From NCBI GenBank assembly GCA_001275005.1, contig JWZX01003055.1:1-38052 (forward strand): 38,052 nt of DNA, read 5' to 3'. Position 1 is the stretch's first letter; each line of letters begins with the position of its first letter. Below the pieces are notes generated by a model, which worked only from the letters and a program-made list of their open reading frames with translations, did no database searches and was not told the origin of the DNA. Position numbers and translations under genes: made by a program. Below, piece after piece: positions 16,044 through 27,200 of this stretch. This DNA is from Chrysochromulina tobinii (lineage: Eukaryota).

Positions 16044-17627
16044 TCATTCCGCCGCGCTCTCCGCCATCGGCACTGATACCGGCGTCAGCTCCACCCCGAC
16101 GTACGCTCGATTCTTCATGGCCTTTCTTGGTCGGACGGCAGACACGATGGCGATGACCGCGAGGTGAGCCAGCAGTAAGGAGGCCATGAGCGTGCACGCC
16201 CAAGGGAACCCCATTCGCCCTGACGCGGAGGAGCCGATTAGAGGTCCGATCATCTGCCCCAAAGCAAAGGAGGACATGATGAGCGGCGCGATGGTGACGG
16301 AGGCCTCCTCCGCATGCCTCCTGCACGAGAGCATCATATCATCCATCAACGGCGTCTGCGACATCGCCTCTCCCACTCCAAAGAGTATCAGGGCCAGGAC
16401 CATCTGCGGCATGCCCATTTGCTCCTGCTGCAGCAGCGGCGAGGGGCCGACCAGCAAGAAGCCGATGAGCTGAAAGATCAGGCCGATGACGATGACGACG
16501 CGCGGGCCTATCCGCTCGCGCTTTGCCAGGAGACCGATCACCGGGCATGACAACGTGTAGGCGACAATCGTCACCGAGAAGAGTGCTCCTATGGCATCAG
16601 GGGTTCTGGCAAGCCCGAGGTTCGATGCATGCTCCCCAAGCGTTGGCTCAAGGAAGGCATAGTCCGAGTTGGCGAGCGTCGCTGCGACCGCCATGACGAT
16701 CACCTGTGGGTTCACCAGAAGGCTGCGCATAGCGACGGGTTCGACTCGCTCTTGGTCCCTGCTGACGCGGTGGGCGTCGTTCGGCATGGAACGGTAGAAG
16801 ATCAACGCTGCGGGAGCGATGAGGGCACCCACGCAAACAAATGGCATCGGGAAGCCGCCTGCCATGAAGAGGATGCCACCAAGCGGCGGTCCGATCATGT
16901 ACCCCAAGCCGGTCGAAATCTCGCAGATGCCGAGATAGAAGGTGACATTCTCCGCATCGAGCTCCGCGATGATCGCATACATGGCCGTCTCCTCCAACGC
17001 CGCACCAACGCCCTGAGCTATTCGTATCGAGAGGCACCACACCGCAAAAGGCCAGCCCTCAGGCACAAAAGTGGCCGCAGCAAAGAGTATTGTTGAAATA
17101 GAGACGATGCCAAGCCCGCACAGATACACCCAGACCTTGCCGCGCTGCTGCATCAGTATGCCCGCAACAGGCGAGACCACAAACATGACGCCAGCAAAGA
17201 TTGAAAATACGACGCCGACCATGTCATCGCCCATGCCCTTCGCTGCTGCCTGCTCTGGGAAGAAGGATGCAAGCACCGAGTAGACTGCGTGGCAGCACAA
17301 GTTCGCTATGTTTGAGCACACAAGCACGAGCAGTCTCTTGTTATTTATCGAGACCATGCGCACCGCCGAGCGCATCTTGCTCGATGTGCGCTGGACCTCG
17401 TTCTCGCTGTCCTTGCTGAGGCGTTGGGCCCTGCTGGTACCGCACGTATCGGTGCTTGAGCTTGCAGCTCGCTCTGATCCATGCAGTAAGGATGCACCAG
17501 ATCGCGGTGAGGTCAACAGTGGAGGACTTCCGTTTCCGTTGCCATCCGACAAGCTTCCTCGGCGCTCTCTTGGCGTTGAACGCCCAAGTGGGGTCACGGC
17601 GTCGTCGTCATGACTCTTCGTCGACAT
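16044..17627 (-). CDS. MFS transporter, SLC18B1/DHA1 vesicular amine-transporter-like
   Basis: About 12 hydrophobic helices; SVLASFFPEQAAAKG..VGVVFSIF, RIAQGVGAA, GLGYMIGPPLGGILFMAGGFPMPF, FLEPTLGEH and ALGQMIGPLIGS. Disordered N-terminus from ATG 17627. Confidence 0.88.
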   Translation of the reverse strand: MSTKSHDDDAVTPLGRSTPRERRGSLSDGNGNGSPPLLTSPRSGASLLHGSERAASSSTDTCGTSRAQRLSKDSENEVQRTSSKMRSAVRMVSINNKRLLVLVCSNIANLCCHAVYSVLASFFPEQAAAKGMGDDMVGVVFSIFAGVMFVVSPVAGILMQQRGKVWVYLCGLGIVSISTILFAAATFVPEGWPFAVWCLSIRIAQGVGAALEETAMYAIIAELDAENVTFYLGICEISTGLGYMIGPPLGGILFMAGGFPMPFVCVGALIAPAALIFYRSMPNDAHRVSRDQERVEPVAMRSLLVNPQVIVMAVAATLANSDYAFLEPTLGEHASNLGLARTPDAIGALFSVTIVAYTLSCPVIGLLAKRERIGPRVVIVIGLIFQLIGFLLVGPSPLLQQEQMGMPQMVLALILFGVGEAMSQTPLMDDMMLSCRRHAEEASVTIAPLIMSSFALGQMIGPLIGSSASGRMGFPWACTLMASLLLAHLAVIAIVSAVRPRKAMKNRAYVGVELTPVSVPMAESAAE

Positions 17628-17841
17628 GAATGGACTCCTCCGTTCGAGACGCGCGGTTTTTGTGAACGTGGTGCGCCCCAAGCGAGCAGCTCAATACGAC
17701 GCTTCACCCTCAAAGCTCCCGAGAAAGCCGCCTCATGTCTCTCCCCTTGCCAAAGTAAGACTTGCCTCAAGTCAATTCAAGTCAGTCCGCAACTTTCTCA
17801 AATCTTCTCAAGCTTCTCGGCCGCGCCCTTCAGCGGAAATC

Positions 17842-20811
17842 ATGCGCGCCTCTATCTTTGTCTACTTCGCATTGCTTGCCCTGCCGAGCGCAACGTTCAA
17901 GGTGGCCGTCGTCGAATACACTGCCGTGTCTCCGTGCGGTGCCGGCAGTTGCGGCAAGCAGCAGCGAGAGAGCTCGTGCGCCGACTATGCTGAGTACATC
18001 GAACAGGCTGGACGGGCTGGCGCTTCACTCGTCGTGTTTCCCGAGTATGGGATCACGGGCTTCTCGTCGTACCCCAAGTCGAGCTGGGTTTCGGGCGGCT
18101 ACGTGGAGGCGGTACCTGCCGTGCCAAGCGGTCGCCGCGTGGTGCCGTGCGACTCTCCGTCCACATTTGCAAATGCGCCGAGTGTCGTGTCACTCTCCTG
18201 TGTGGCCAAAAAGCACGGCATCGCGGTCGTGGCCAACTTGATGGACTACGACGGGCACAACATGTACAATACCGATGTGGCTCTCGACACGGACGGTGCA
18301 TTCCTCGCCAAGTATCCCAAGCAGAACCTGTGGGGCGAGCGCAACGTGGACATTCCACAGAGCTGCCCGATGGCGTCGTTCACAACGAGCTTCAATGTGA
18401 CGTTTGGCCTGATCACGTGCGCCGACCTCATCTACGAGTTCCCGGCGAGCCGACTGGTGCGCGAGCGCCATGTCGAGCACTTTGTCATGCCAGCGGCCTG
18501 GTCCGACGAGATGGCGCAGATGCAGGTGCTCGGCTTCGCCCAAGGGTGGAGTCTCGTCCACAATGTGACACTCCTCCTTGCCAACCACCGCACTGCCGCC
18601 GAGAGCGGCTCGGGCGTTTGGCGTGGCGGCCATCCCCTCGCCTACACCTTTGATCGGGCCCCGGGCGCCGATCGGCTCCTCGTCGCCGACGTCGGCGCCG
18701 GCGCCGCCAGCGCCGCCGGCGCCGCCGGCGCCGCCAGCGCCGCCAGCGCTGCCGCCCGTCGGCAGGAGCCGCCCGTCACGGCGCTGGCCGATGTCCCTCT
18801 GACGTGCGCGACAGCTGTGGTCGGTGCAGGATGGGCGGGCATCTATGCCGCATGGCGCCTCGTGGTCGACGCCGGCGCGTTGGCGCCTGGCGATCTATGT
18901 CTCTTCGAAGCCCGTGGCAAGCCCGGTGGGCGCACTTACAGCGTTCAGGTAGAGGGGCTCGTGGTCGACGTGGGCGCGTACCGGTTCAGCAAGCAGCAGC
19001 ACCTCCCGAGCGATCTCATCTTGGAGCGGCTCGAGCTGCCGACGGCGTGCTACGAACCAGACTGCAAGCCTGACGCGGAGTTCAACCAGACACTCTTCAA
19101 GATCGTCGACACGAAGGGACGCAACGCAGGCTACGTGACCCCGATTCGGACGATGCTCGCGCAGCTCGAGGCTGCGGGCGCGCGCGTCTTCTTTGGCCAT
19201 CGGCTCACGGGCGTGTACGCCAACGGCGCTGCGCCCACTACGCGCGGTGGCGGCTCGAGTGGTGCACTGACGAGCGCAGTGTCGGGCTCCTCATCGAGTC
19301 TCCACTTCGCGGGCGGCCAGGTCGTGACCGCGTCGGCGGTTCTCCTCAACCTGCCGCGCCTCGTGCTCCAGCGCCTCGACCCAGCTTCGATCGTCTTCCC
19401 CACAGACACGACGCAGCTCAGCTGGCAGCTGCTCAAGAACTGCACGCCGTGCTTCGACCCGAGCGCGGGAAGCGCCGTGCCCAACTGGCTCGCAGTCAAG
19501 GTATACACGCAGTACGACGACCCATGGTGGATCACTAAGCTTCGGCTGGAGCAAGGCTCCTTCGTGGATACGGAGCACTCGCCGCCCCTCGTCGGACGGT
19601 ACCATGACGGGCCAGTCAGCCGGGCTGACGACGGCAGCGTGGACGGTCCGGGGCTCCTCGAGGCCGTCTACGCGTACACGACCAGCCAGCCCTCGATCCG
19701 CTACTACGAACCCTTTGCCGACGACCCCGCGGAAGATCCGTTGACTATCACGACCGACCCCGCTCTGCTGCTCCCTCTGCACCGGCGCCTGATGGAATTC
19801 CACGCGGCCGCGTTTGCCAAGATCGGCCTCAATGCGACGAGGGACGTGCCGCCACCCACCAAGGTCGTTCTGGGGATTTGGACCTCGGACGAGCTCGCGG
19901 CGCTTCCACAGCCGATGAGCTCCAATTTCCGCGCACAAGTGCCCAGCTGCCCAGCAGAGTCTTGCCTTGATGGCGTGAGCGCTCCGCAGTACAATGCCGC
20001 CACGGCTACGCCCAACCCTGCCGCCAACATCCACATCGCGAACAACGACTTTGCGATCACGTTGGAGCAGGGCGTGCCGTGCTGCTGGGCCGAGCAGTCG
20101 CTCAAGTCAGTCGAGCGCACGCTCCACACCGCCTGGGGCTTGGGGCGGCCCACGTGGCTCGATCCCGAGTACTACGCGCAGCTCCTTGTAGCGGAGGAAA
20201 CTTCAGACGCGCCAGACGCGCCCGAGGCGATCGGCGTCTTCGACCGTGCCGCCCACATGGCAAGCCACGCGACCGCTGCCGCCCGCTCCGGGCCGAGCGC
20301 AAGCGCTCGACGGCTGTTGGCAGCGTCGATGAGCGGCGCGAGCTGGGCGTTCGCTCCGCTTGATGTGCCTGCCGCGCGCGTGTGCAGCGGCGGCGTCTGC
20401 TGCTCAGCGACCGTTACGAGCGGCAGCGGCCACGGGTATGTATTGGCGGCACTCAACGGTACCGACACCGATGCTGGCGAGATGTGGGCCTCGCAGGTGT
20501 GCGCGGTGCTGCCTTGTGCAAGCGCCTCGAGCGCTTGCCTTGCCTACACGGTGCCGTTGCGCTCAGCTTCATTGCGTGGGCTCTCAATGTCTATGCATGA
20601 CGTGGCCGCCGACACGACGCTCTTCCCCCTTGTCCTCGCCGCCGACGTGGGCGCCGAACAGCGCATGCTGCAGCCGGGTGCTGGGGCCGACGCATTCGCA
20701 TTCGACGCCCAGTCCCAAACTCTCAACGTCGCCGTCGCCGACGGTCTCCTCTCCTCTGCGACGCTGTACGGCCGCCGCTTCGCTGCTGACCGGTTGCCGT
20801 ACAACTGCTAG
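17842..20811 (+). CDS. Secreted vanin/biotinidase-family amidohydrolase with an internal FAD-dependent L-amino-acid/amine oxidase domain, followed by a Vanin C-terminal domain (about 989 aa)
   Basis: Signal peptide MRASIFVYFALLALPSA. Nitrilase-fold triad at VFPEYG (E 18043), AKYPKQNL (K 18319) and LITCADL (C 18418). Oxidase motifs AVVGAGWAGIYAAWRL..FEARGKPGGR..DVGAYRF..WAEQSL. Vanin_C-like motifs VCSGGVCCS..YVLAALNG..QVCAVLPC..LFPLVL..ATLYGRRF. Confidence 0.85.
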   Translation: MRASIFVYFALLALPSATFKVAVVEYTAVSPCGAGSCGKQQRESSCADYAEYIEQAGRAGASLVVFPEYGITGFSSYPKSSWVSGGYVEAVPAVPSGRRVVPCDSPSTFANAPSVVSLSCVAKKHGIAVVANLMDYDGHNMYNTDVALDTDGAFLAKYPKQNLWGERNVDIPQSCPMASFTTSFNVTFGLITCADLIYEFPASRLVRERHVEHFVMPAAWSDEMAQMQVLGFAQGWSLVHNVTLLLANHRTAAESGSGVWRGGHPLAYTFDRAPGADRLLVADVGAGAASAAGAAGAASAASAAARRQEPPVTALADVPLTCATAVVGAGWAGIYAAWRLVVDAGALAPGDLCLFEARGKPGGRTYSVQVEGLVVDVGAYRFSKQQHLPSDLILERLELPTACYEPDCKPDAEFNQTLFKIVDTKGRNAGYVTPIRTMLAQLEAAGARVFFGHRLTGVYANGAAPTTRGGGSSGALTSAVSGSSSSLHFAGGQVVTASAVLLNLPRLVLQRLDPASIVFPTDTTQLSWQLLKNCTPCFDPSAGSAVPNWLAVKVYTQYDDPWWITKLRLEQGSFVDTEHSPPLVGRYHDGPVSRADDGSVDGPGLLEAVYAYTTSQPSIRYYEPFADDPAEDPLTITTDPALLLPLHRRLMEFHAAAFAKIGLNATRDVPPPTKVVLGIWTSDELAALPQPMSSNFRAQVPSCPAESCLDGVSAPQYNAATATPNPAANIHIANNDFAITLEQGVPCCWAEQSLKSVERTLHTAWGLGRPTWLDPEYYAQLLVAEETSDAPDAPEAIGVFDRAAHMASHATAAARSGPSASARRLLAASMSGASWAFAPLDVPAARVCSGGVCCSATVTSGSGHGYVLAALNGTDTDAGEMWASQVCAVLPCASASSACLAYTVPLRSASLRGLSMSMHDVAADTTLFPLVLAADVGAEQRMLQPGAGADAFAFDAQSQTLNVAVADGLLSSATLYGRRFAADRLPYNC

Positions 20812-21038
20812 GAACCCTAATGCAACTTCTCCCGCGAGCGAGGTCGAGGTGGGGTCGCTTGGAGTTGCGTTGTCTGATGTGTCTTCTCAAACGCCCTGAT
20901 TCAAGCCCGTACCTGTGAACGACTCGAGCGGCAATCGGAAGCCAGTGTACCTCAGCGCGCATCTTGAGACCACAATTGGCCCGGTGAGCGGTGTTCCAGT
21001 GTTGGCTGTTGCCTTGGTGTTGCCTAGGAAGAACGGAA

Positions 21039-21096
21039 GGCGGGGAAGCCGCCTTGAGCGTAGATGGCGGGGAAGCCGCCTTGAGCGTAGATGGCG
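21039..21096. repeat. 27-nt tandem duplication (ggcggggaagccgccttgagcgtagat x2), each unit with a ggcgg/ccgcc hairpin, upstream of the dynein gene
   Basis: Units start at 21039 and 21066. Confidence 0.9.
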
Positions 21097-21287
21097 CGCA
21101 GGCCACCGACGACGCCGATCGAGCGGCGCCATCACCATGAAGCTACGCCCGCGACAGCGCCGACTTACCGAAAGGGGTATTTGGAGATTTGTTCTGGCTC
21201 CGAACTCTTTTTCCCCACAAGTAAAGTTGGACTCACCGTTGCCCCTTTCTCTTTTGTGGAGGCACTCATCGCCACGCCGACCGCACC

Positions 21288-24200
21288 ATGGGAGGCGGAG
21301 GAGATGAAGGAGGCACGGGTGACAAGCGCGTCGAATATCTGCGTGACCGCGTGGTGCCGTTGCTGAAGATCAAGCCCGAGCTCTTCGACGCATACTGCAA
21401 AACTGAGGAGGGCGAACTGATCAAACGATTCGTGAGCGACGGCAATTGCACAAAAATCTTCTTCTCTGCGGGCGCCAAGGACATGGCCGCGACGGAGAAG
21501 ATGCCCGACGATAAGCAGACAAAGAAAAAGGCCGTCTTCGCCATGAAGCTCGGCGAGGACATCAAGTTCGACGAGAAGAAGCTCGACGAGATGTTTGACA
21601 AGTGCGTCGTCGCCGACCTGTCGCCAGCAGTGCTGAACAACCTGTACAACACGCTGCGGAGCGTGTACCTGCCCATACTCACCAACCCGGGTTTCATCAA
21701 CGGAAAGCCCGGCATCGTCATGAAGCAATTCGTCGACAAGTACAATTGGATGCTCGCTGCGGTGCACACGGCGATCGGCCAGACGCAGGGCAAGACTGCC
21801 CTCTGGCTACCGCCAGTGGAGGGCCCGTCGGGCGGCGGCGGTAATAAGGACCGATCCGACAAGGACCGTGTGCATGTTCTCGAGAGCGCAGTGGTCATGT
21901 GGACCGAGCGCATCAACACGGTGCGCGCCGCCGCCTCTGCCCAGCGTGGCTGCCGCGCTGCTGCTTCTGCCTGCCACCCTGGCCTCGGCTGATCCCAATC
22001 ACCTCCGCAGGCGCTGAATCGCGATCCCGAGTCGGTTTTCGGTAACGTCGGCACCAAAGACGAGCTCTTCCCGGGGCCCATCTTGTGCATCGACTTCTGG
22101 CAGAGTAAGGCGATCGACCTGGGCGACATCCTCGAGCAGCTCAGCAGCCCGCACATAGTCAAGGTGATCAAGGTGCTTGAGATCATCCGCTCGCCGTACC
22201 ATGGCTCCTTCAAGGCGTTGGCGACTCAGCTCTCGATTCGGCACATGGAGGCCAAGGATAACGTCAAGTTCCTCGAGTCACTCCGCGCCAAGTTTATCGA
22301 GCTGCTGCAGTCGGACTTCTCGGAGGTCTCGATGCGCTTCAAGCCGATCATGCACATGCTGCTCATGATCTGGAAGCACTCCAAGTTCTTCAACACGCCG
22401 CCCGCACTCGCGCTGATGGTGCGCACGCTCTGCAACGACGTGATCGAGAAGGCGCGCGACTTTCTGGGCGGCACCGGCGAGATCTTTGGTGCCGAGCCCA
22501 AGGATGCATGCGAGAAGATCAACGCGGTGCTCGACGTGTGTCGCTCCCTCAAGGCTGACTACTACATGTACTACGCGGTCGCGAAGACACAGTGCGAGCA
22601 CAATCCGTGGATGGCCGACCGCGGCAACATGTTCAAGCGACTCGACCTCTTCATCACGCGCTGCGAGGACCTGCTGCACTTGTGCCGGACGGCACAGCAG
22701 TTCGAGAAGCTGATTACCGTCGTCATCGGCGGCATCGCGGGCGCAATTCTGACGCAGGACTCGGAGGACATCGCGAAGCAGTTCGCTCTGGCGCTCAACA
22801 AGATGAGGGAGCTCCAGTACGACGTGCTCGATGTGCAGATGACGCAGTTTGAAGCGGACATCACGCGGTTCACTGTCGCCGTCAAGGCACTCGAGACGCG
22901 CGTTGGCAAGGTGCTCGGTCAGGGCTTCGAGGACTGCGACACCGTCGGCAAGGGCTTCAAGCTCGTGGATTCCTTCGGTGACCTGCTCGAGCGCGACTTC
23001 ATCCAGGCTGACCTCGAGGCCAAACAGATCGACCTCATCCGCATCTACGCCGACGAGCTCAAGCAGGTGCAGGAGATCTTCTCGCGCGACCGCAACGGCT
23101 CGAACTCGAGGGGCAAGTTCTTCGAGCGCGACGGCCCGCCACTGTACACCAACCAGCCGCCGGTCTCGGGCGCGCTCGCATGGGTGTCGGGCCTGATCAA
23201 GCGGCTCGAGGAGCCGATGAAAGCGCTCACGCCGGTGCTACGCATCATGGAGGACACGGATGAAGTGCGGGACGTGAAGCGCATGTACGAATCGATCATG
23301 AAGGTGCTGCAAGAGTACGAGGAGGCCATGTTTTCGGCGTGGAAGGAGTCGATCGACGCCACGCTCGGCGAGAAGCTCACGCTGCCGCTGCTCACGCGCG
23401 ACGGCAAGTCGCAGGAGATCGCGGTCAACTTTGACCCGCAGCTCATCAAGCTACTCTCCGAGTGCAAGTACTTTGTGATGCAAAGGAAGAAGATCCCCGA
23501 CGTCGCTCAGAAGATGTACGAGGGTGCCGAGATGTTCCGCGTTCACACGGCCAACCTGACGCTCGTGCAGAACATGTACAACGAGATGCTGCGCATCATG
23601 CTCGACGTCGAAAAGCCGTTGCTCAAGGGATCGATGAAGGCGATCGACAAGGTGCTCGACCGCGGCCTCAAGGGGCTCGTGTGGAAGTCACCCAATCCCG
23701 ACCAGGACGCCTTCATCGCCGAGGCCATGGGGCTGGTTGAGGAGGCCTTTAAGATGCTGCACGAGATGAAGAAGAACATGAACAGCGTGCACGCCATCCT
23801 CGCCCGCTGGGTCGCGACACCCTTCATCACGCGTGCGTCGATGAACAAGACGTACAACCTCGCCGCGTACATGGAGGAGCACATGCGCTACCTCGAGGTG
23901 CGCCAAAAGGATATCACTGACGGCGCTAAGGACATCCACGCGCTGCTCAAGGAGTCGAACGAGTGCCTCAAGGTGTCCAAGGGCGCACCCGCGTGGCGCG
24001 CGTACGTCGAGTTCATGAACAACCATTTGATCGACGGCACCGCCAACACGGTCGTCGCCTCGCTCAGCTACCTGCTCGCGCAGCTCGATCCGAAGCAGAT
24101 TGCCAAGATGGAGAAGGCGCCCTTTTTCGACATCAAGCTCGACCTGAACGTGAGCGACAAGGGCGACGATGCCGTCTTCTTCTCGCCGCCGCTCGACGGG

Positions 24201-27200
24201 TCTGCGGATTCGCCTTCTGTGACGGGCTACGTGACGGCGATCATCTCGGACTTTTACAACATCATCAAGCTCTTCAAGCGGCTCGACCGCACTGAGGGTG
24301 ACTTTCTCAAGGAGATGGAGGAGAACGAGTTGGTGCGCTTCCACGTGCACCGCATCGTCGATGAGCTCGAGAGCAACCAGAAGGCGGCGCGCGACCTGCG
24401 CGCGCCGATGCTCAAGCACCGCTCGCTCTGGGCCAAGAACATAAACCACACGCTCGAGGCCTTCCTCGAGGAAGCCACCGTCGCCGCCGACGAGAACAAC
24501 CCTCTGATCCGCATGCCCAACTTGGCCGTCTTCCAGGCGCGCATCAACGAGCTCAAGGAGGAGGAGGCGGAGATCAAGGAGCTCCACGGCGTGATCAACC
24601 ATGGCGCGGTCAGGATCGACGCGAAGCCTACCAAGACGACGCTCGCCACGCTCGCCTCCAAGTGGGTCGACGCGCACACCAGCTACCTCAAGAACCACGT
24701 GCTCACGGAGCTCGACGGCCTGGGCAAGTTCATCGGACTCATTAAGGAGACGCTCACTCACGAGGTCGCGGAGGGCGACCAGAAAGGCCTCTTCGATGCG
24801 ATGGCGCACGTGCGCGACGTGCGCAACCGAGAGGAGCGCACCAACAACCTCTTCGTGCCGCTCAAGGACACGATCCAGCTGCTCAAGAAGTTTGGCGTGC
24901 TCATGCCCGACGAGACGCTCGAGACGCTCGAGATGATCCCGTTCAGCTGGGAAGACACGAAGAAGATCACGCTCAACGCGCGCGAGGGGCTCGGCCCGCT
25001 GCAGGCGATCCAGCAAGAGAAGGTGCGCGAGGAGGCCGAGGTCTTCAAGGCCGAGGTGGCCAACTTTGCCAAGAAGTTCCACGATGAGGCGCCGTTCGAG
25101 TTCAAGATTGGCTGCGATGACGCCTATGCGGGCATCAACAAGTTCGCCAAGGAGCTCTTCGTCTACGAGAAGCACTCCGCTGAGATCGGTCGTAGCCAAG
25201 AGCTCTTCGAACTCGCGGTCACTAACTGGCGAGACATCAAGACGATCCGCACCGAGCTCACGCTGCTCAAGCTCTCCTGGGACTTCGTGCAGTACGTCCA
25301 GGACATCTTTGGCTCGTTCCGCGCAACGCTGTGGACGGCCGTCGACGTTGAGGCCATGACGGACGTGACCAAGAAGCTGCAGAAGGAGGTCAAGATGCTC
25401 AACAAGGCCATCCACAAGTGGGACGTGCACATCGGGCTGACGGCGCTCGTAGCCTCGATGTCCATCTCGCTGGAGGTCGTAGGCGAACTGCGCGACGAGG
25501 CGATGCGCGAGCGCCACTGGAAGCAGCTCATGGTGGTCTGCAAGCAGACCTTCGTCGTGGACGACAAGATGCAGCTCGATACGCTCTACAAGCTCGAGCT
25601 CGACAAGCACCGGGAGCCCGTGAGCGAGATCGTCGAGCGCGCGCGTGCCGAGATCAAAATCGACCTTCAGCTGCAGAAGATCATCAACACCTGGGCGGGC
25701 CTCTTCCTTTTCTACAGGCCCTACAAGACCTCGGGCGTACAAATCCTCGAGCAGCCAGGCGACGTCTTCGAGGCGCTCGACGACAACGAGGTGGTGCTGC
25801 AGAATATGATGGGCAACCGATTCGTCGGCTTCTTCGAGGCGACCGTCTCCTCGTGGAAGTCGAAGCTCGGCAACACGCGCGCCGTGCTCGATGTGTGGAT
25901 CGAGGTGCAGCGCTCATGGACGCAGCTCGAGTCCATCTTCCTTGCGTCCGAGGACATTCGCGAGCAACTGCCCGAGGACGCCAAGCGCTTCGACGGCATC
26001 GACTCGTCCTTCCGCGAGCAGATGGTCGACGCATGCCAGAACAGCAACCCGATCGAAGTGTGCAGTGCCCAAGGCCGTTTGGAGGTCTTCGAGAAGAACT
26101 TTAGGGACCTCGAGCTCTGCCAGAAGTCGCTCAGCGACTACCTCGAGGTCAAGAAGAAGAAGTTCCCGCGCTTCTACTTCATCTCGTCGGCAGATCTGGT
26201 CGACATCCTATCCAAGGGCCGCTACGCCCCCGCGGTGCAGCCTCACTTCTCCAAGTTCACCGACGCGACCGGCTTCATCGACTGGGCGCCCGACGCCGAT
26301 GGCAAGCTCACCGGGCTCGCGCGCGGCTGCCAGTCCATCGACGGCGAGAAGTTCGCCTACTCGGAGCACCTTCTGTGCGAGGGCGCCGTTGAGGATTGGC
26401 TGCTCGTGCTCATGAAACACCAGGCGTCCATGTTCAAGTTTAAGGTGAGAGAGTCGCTCGACGCGTACATCGACACCCCGCGCGAGAAGTGGATCGACAT
26501 GTACGGCTCGCAGCACTGCATCCAGACGGGCCAGGTCTATTGGACCTCGGAGGTGCACGTCTCGTATGACCGCCTCGAGCAGGGCAACGAGAACGCGATG
26601 AAGGAGTACCTGGAGCAGTGCAAAAAGGGCCTCCTGGCCTACGCGGCGATGGTGCTCGGGGAGATGAGCGGCGAGCTGCGCACGAAGGTGAAGACGTTGA
26701 TCACCATCGACACGCACGCGCGCGAGATCGTCGAGAAGCTCGTGCTGATCAAGTCGGAGACGCCGACGGACTTCACATGGGCGTCACAGCTCAAGTTCCG
26801 CTGGCCCGAACCCGACGATCCCACGCCCAAGGACCTGTACATCAACATCTGCGACGCGCAGTTCACCTCGTGCCACGAGTACGTCGGTAACCCCGGCCGG
26901 CTGGTCATCACGGCACTCACCGATCGCTGCTACATCACGCTCTCCCAAGCTCTCCGCCTCATGATGGGTGGCGCGCCTCAGGGCCCCGCCGGTACCGGCA
27001 AGACCGAGACGACCAAGGATTTGGGCCGCGGCCTCTCGATTTGGGTCATCGTGTCCAACTGCTCGGATCAGATGAACAACAAGGTGACGGGCAACTTTTT
27101 CTCGGGCCTCGCGCAGACGGGCGCATGGGGCTGCTTCGACGAGTTCAACCGCATCACCGTCGAGGTGCTCTCTGTCGTCGCCACGCAATACGGCTCCATC

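Noticed and set aside
17626..17841. N-terminal extension of the 1061-aa ORF overlapping the MFS start
   Set aside because: ATG 17842 begins a clear signal peptide; the upstream part is non-coding-like and contains the TCAAG repeats.
21008..21034. X-box-like sequence (gttgcctaggaagaac) upstream of a flagellar dynein
   Set aside because: Imperfect match, and RFX regulation of ciliary genes is established for animals and close relatives, not for this kind of alga.
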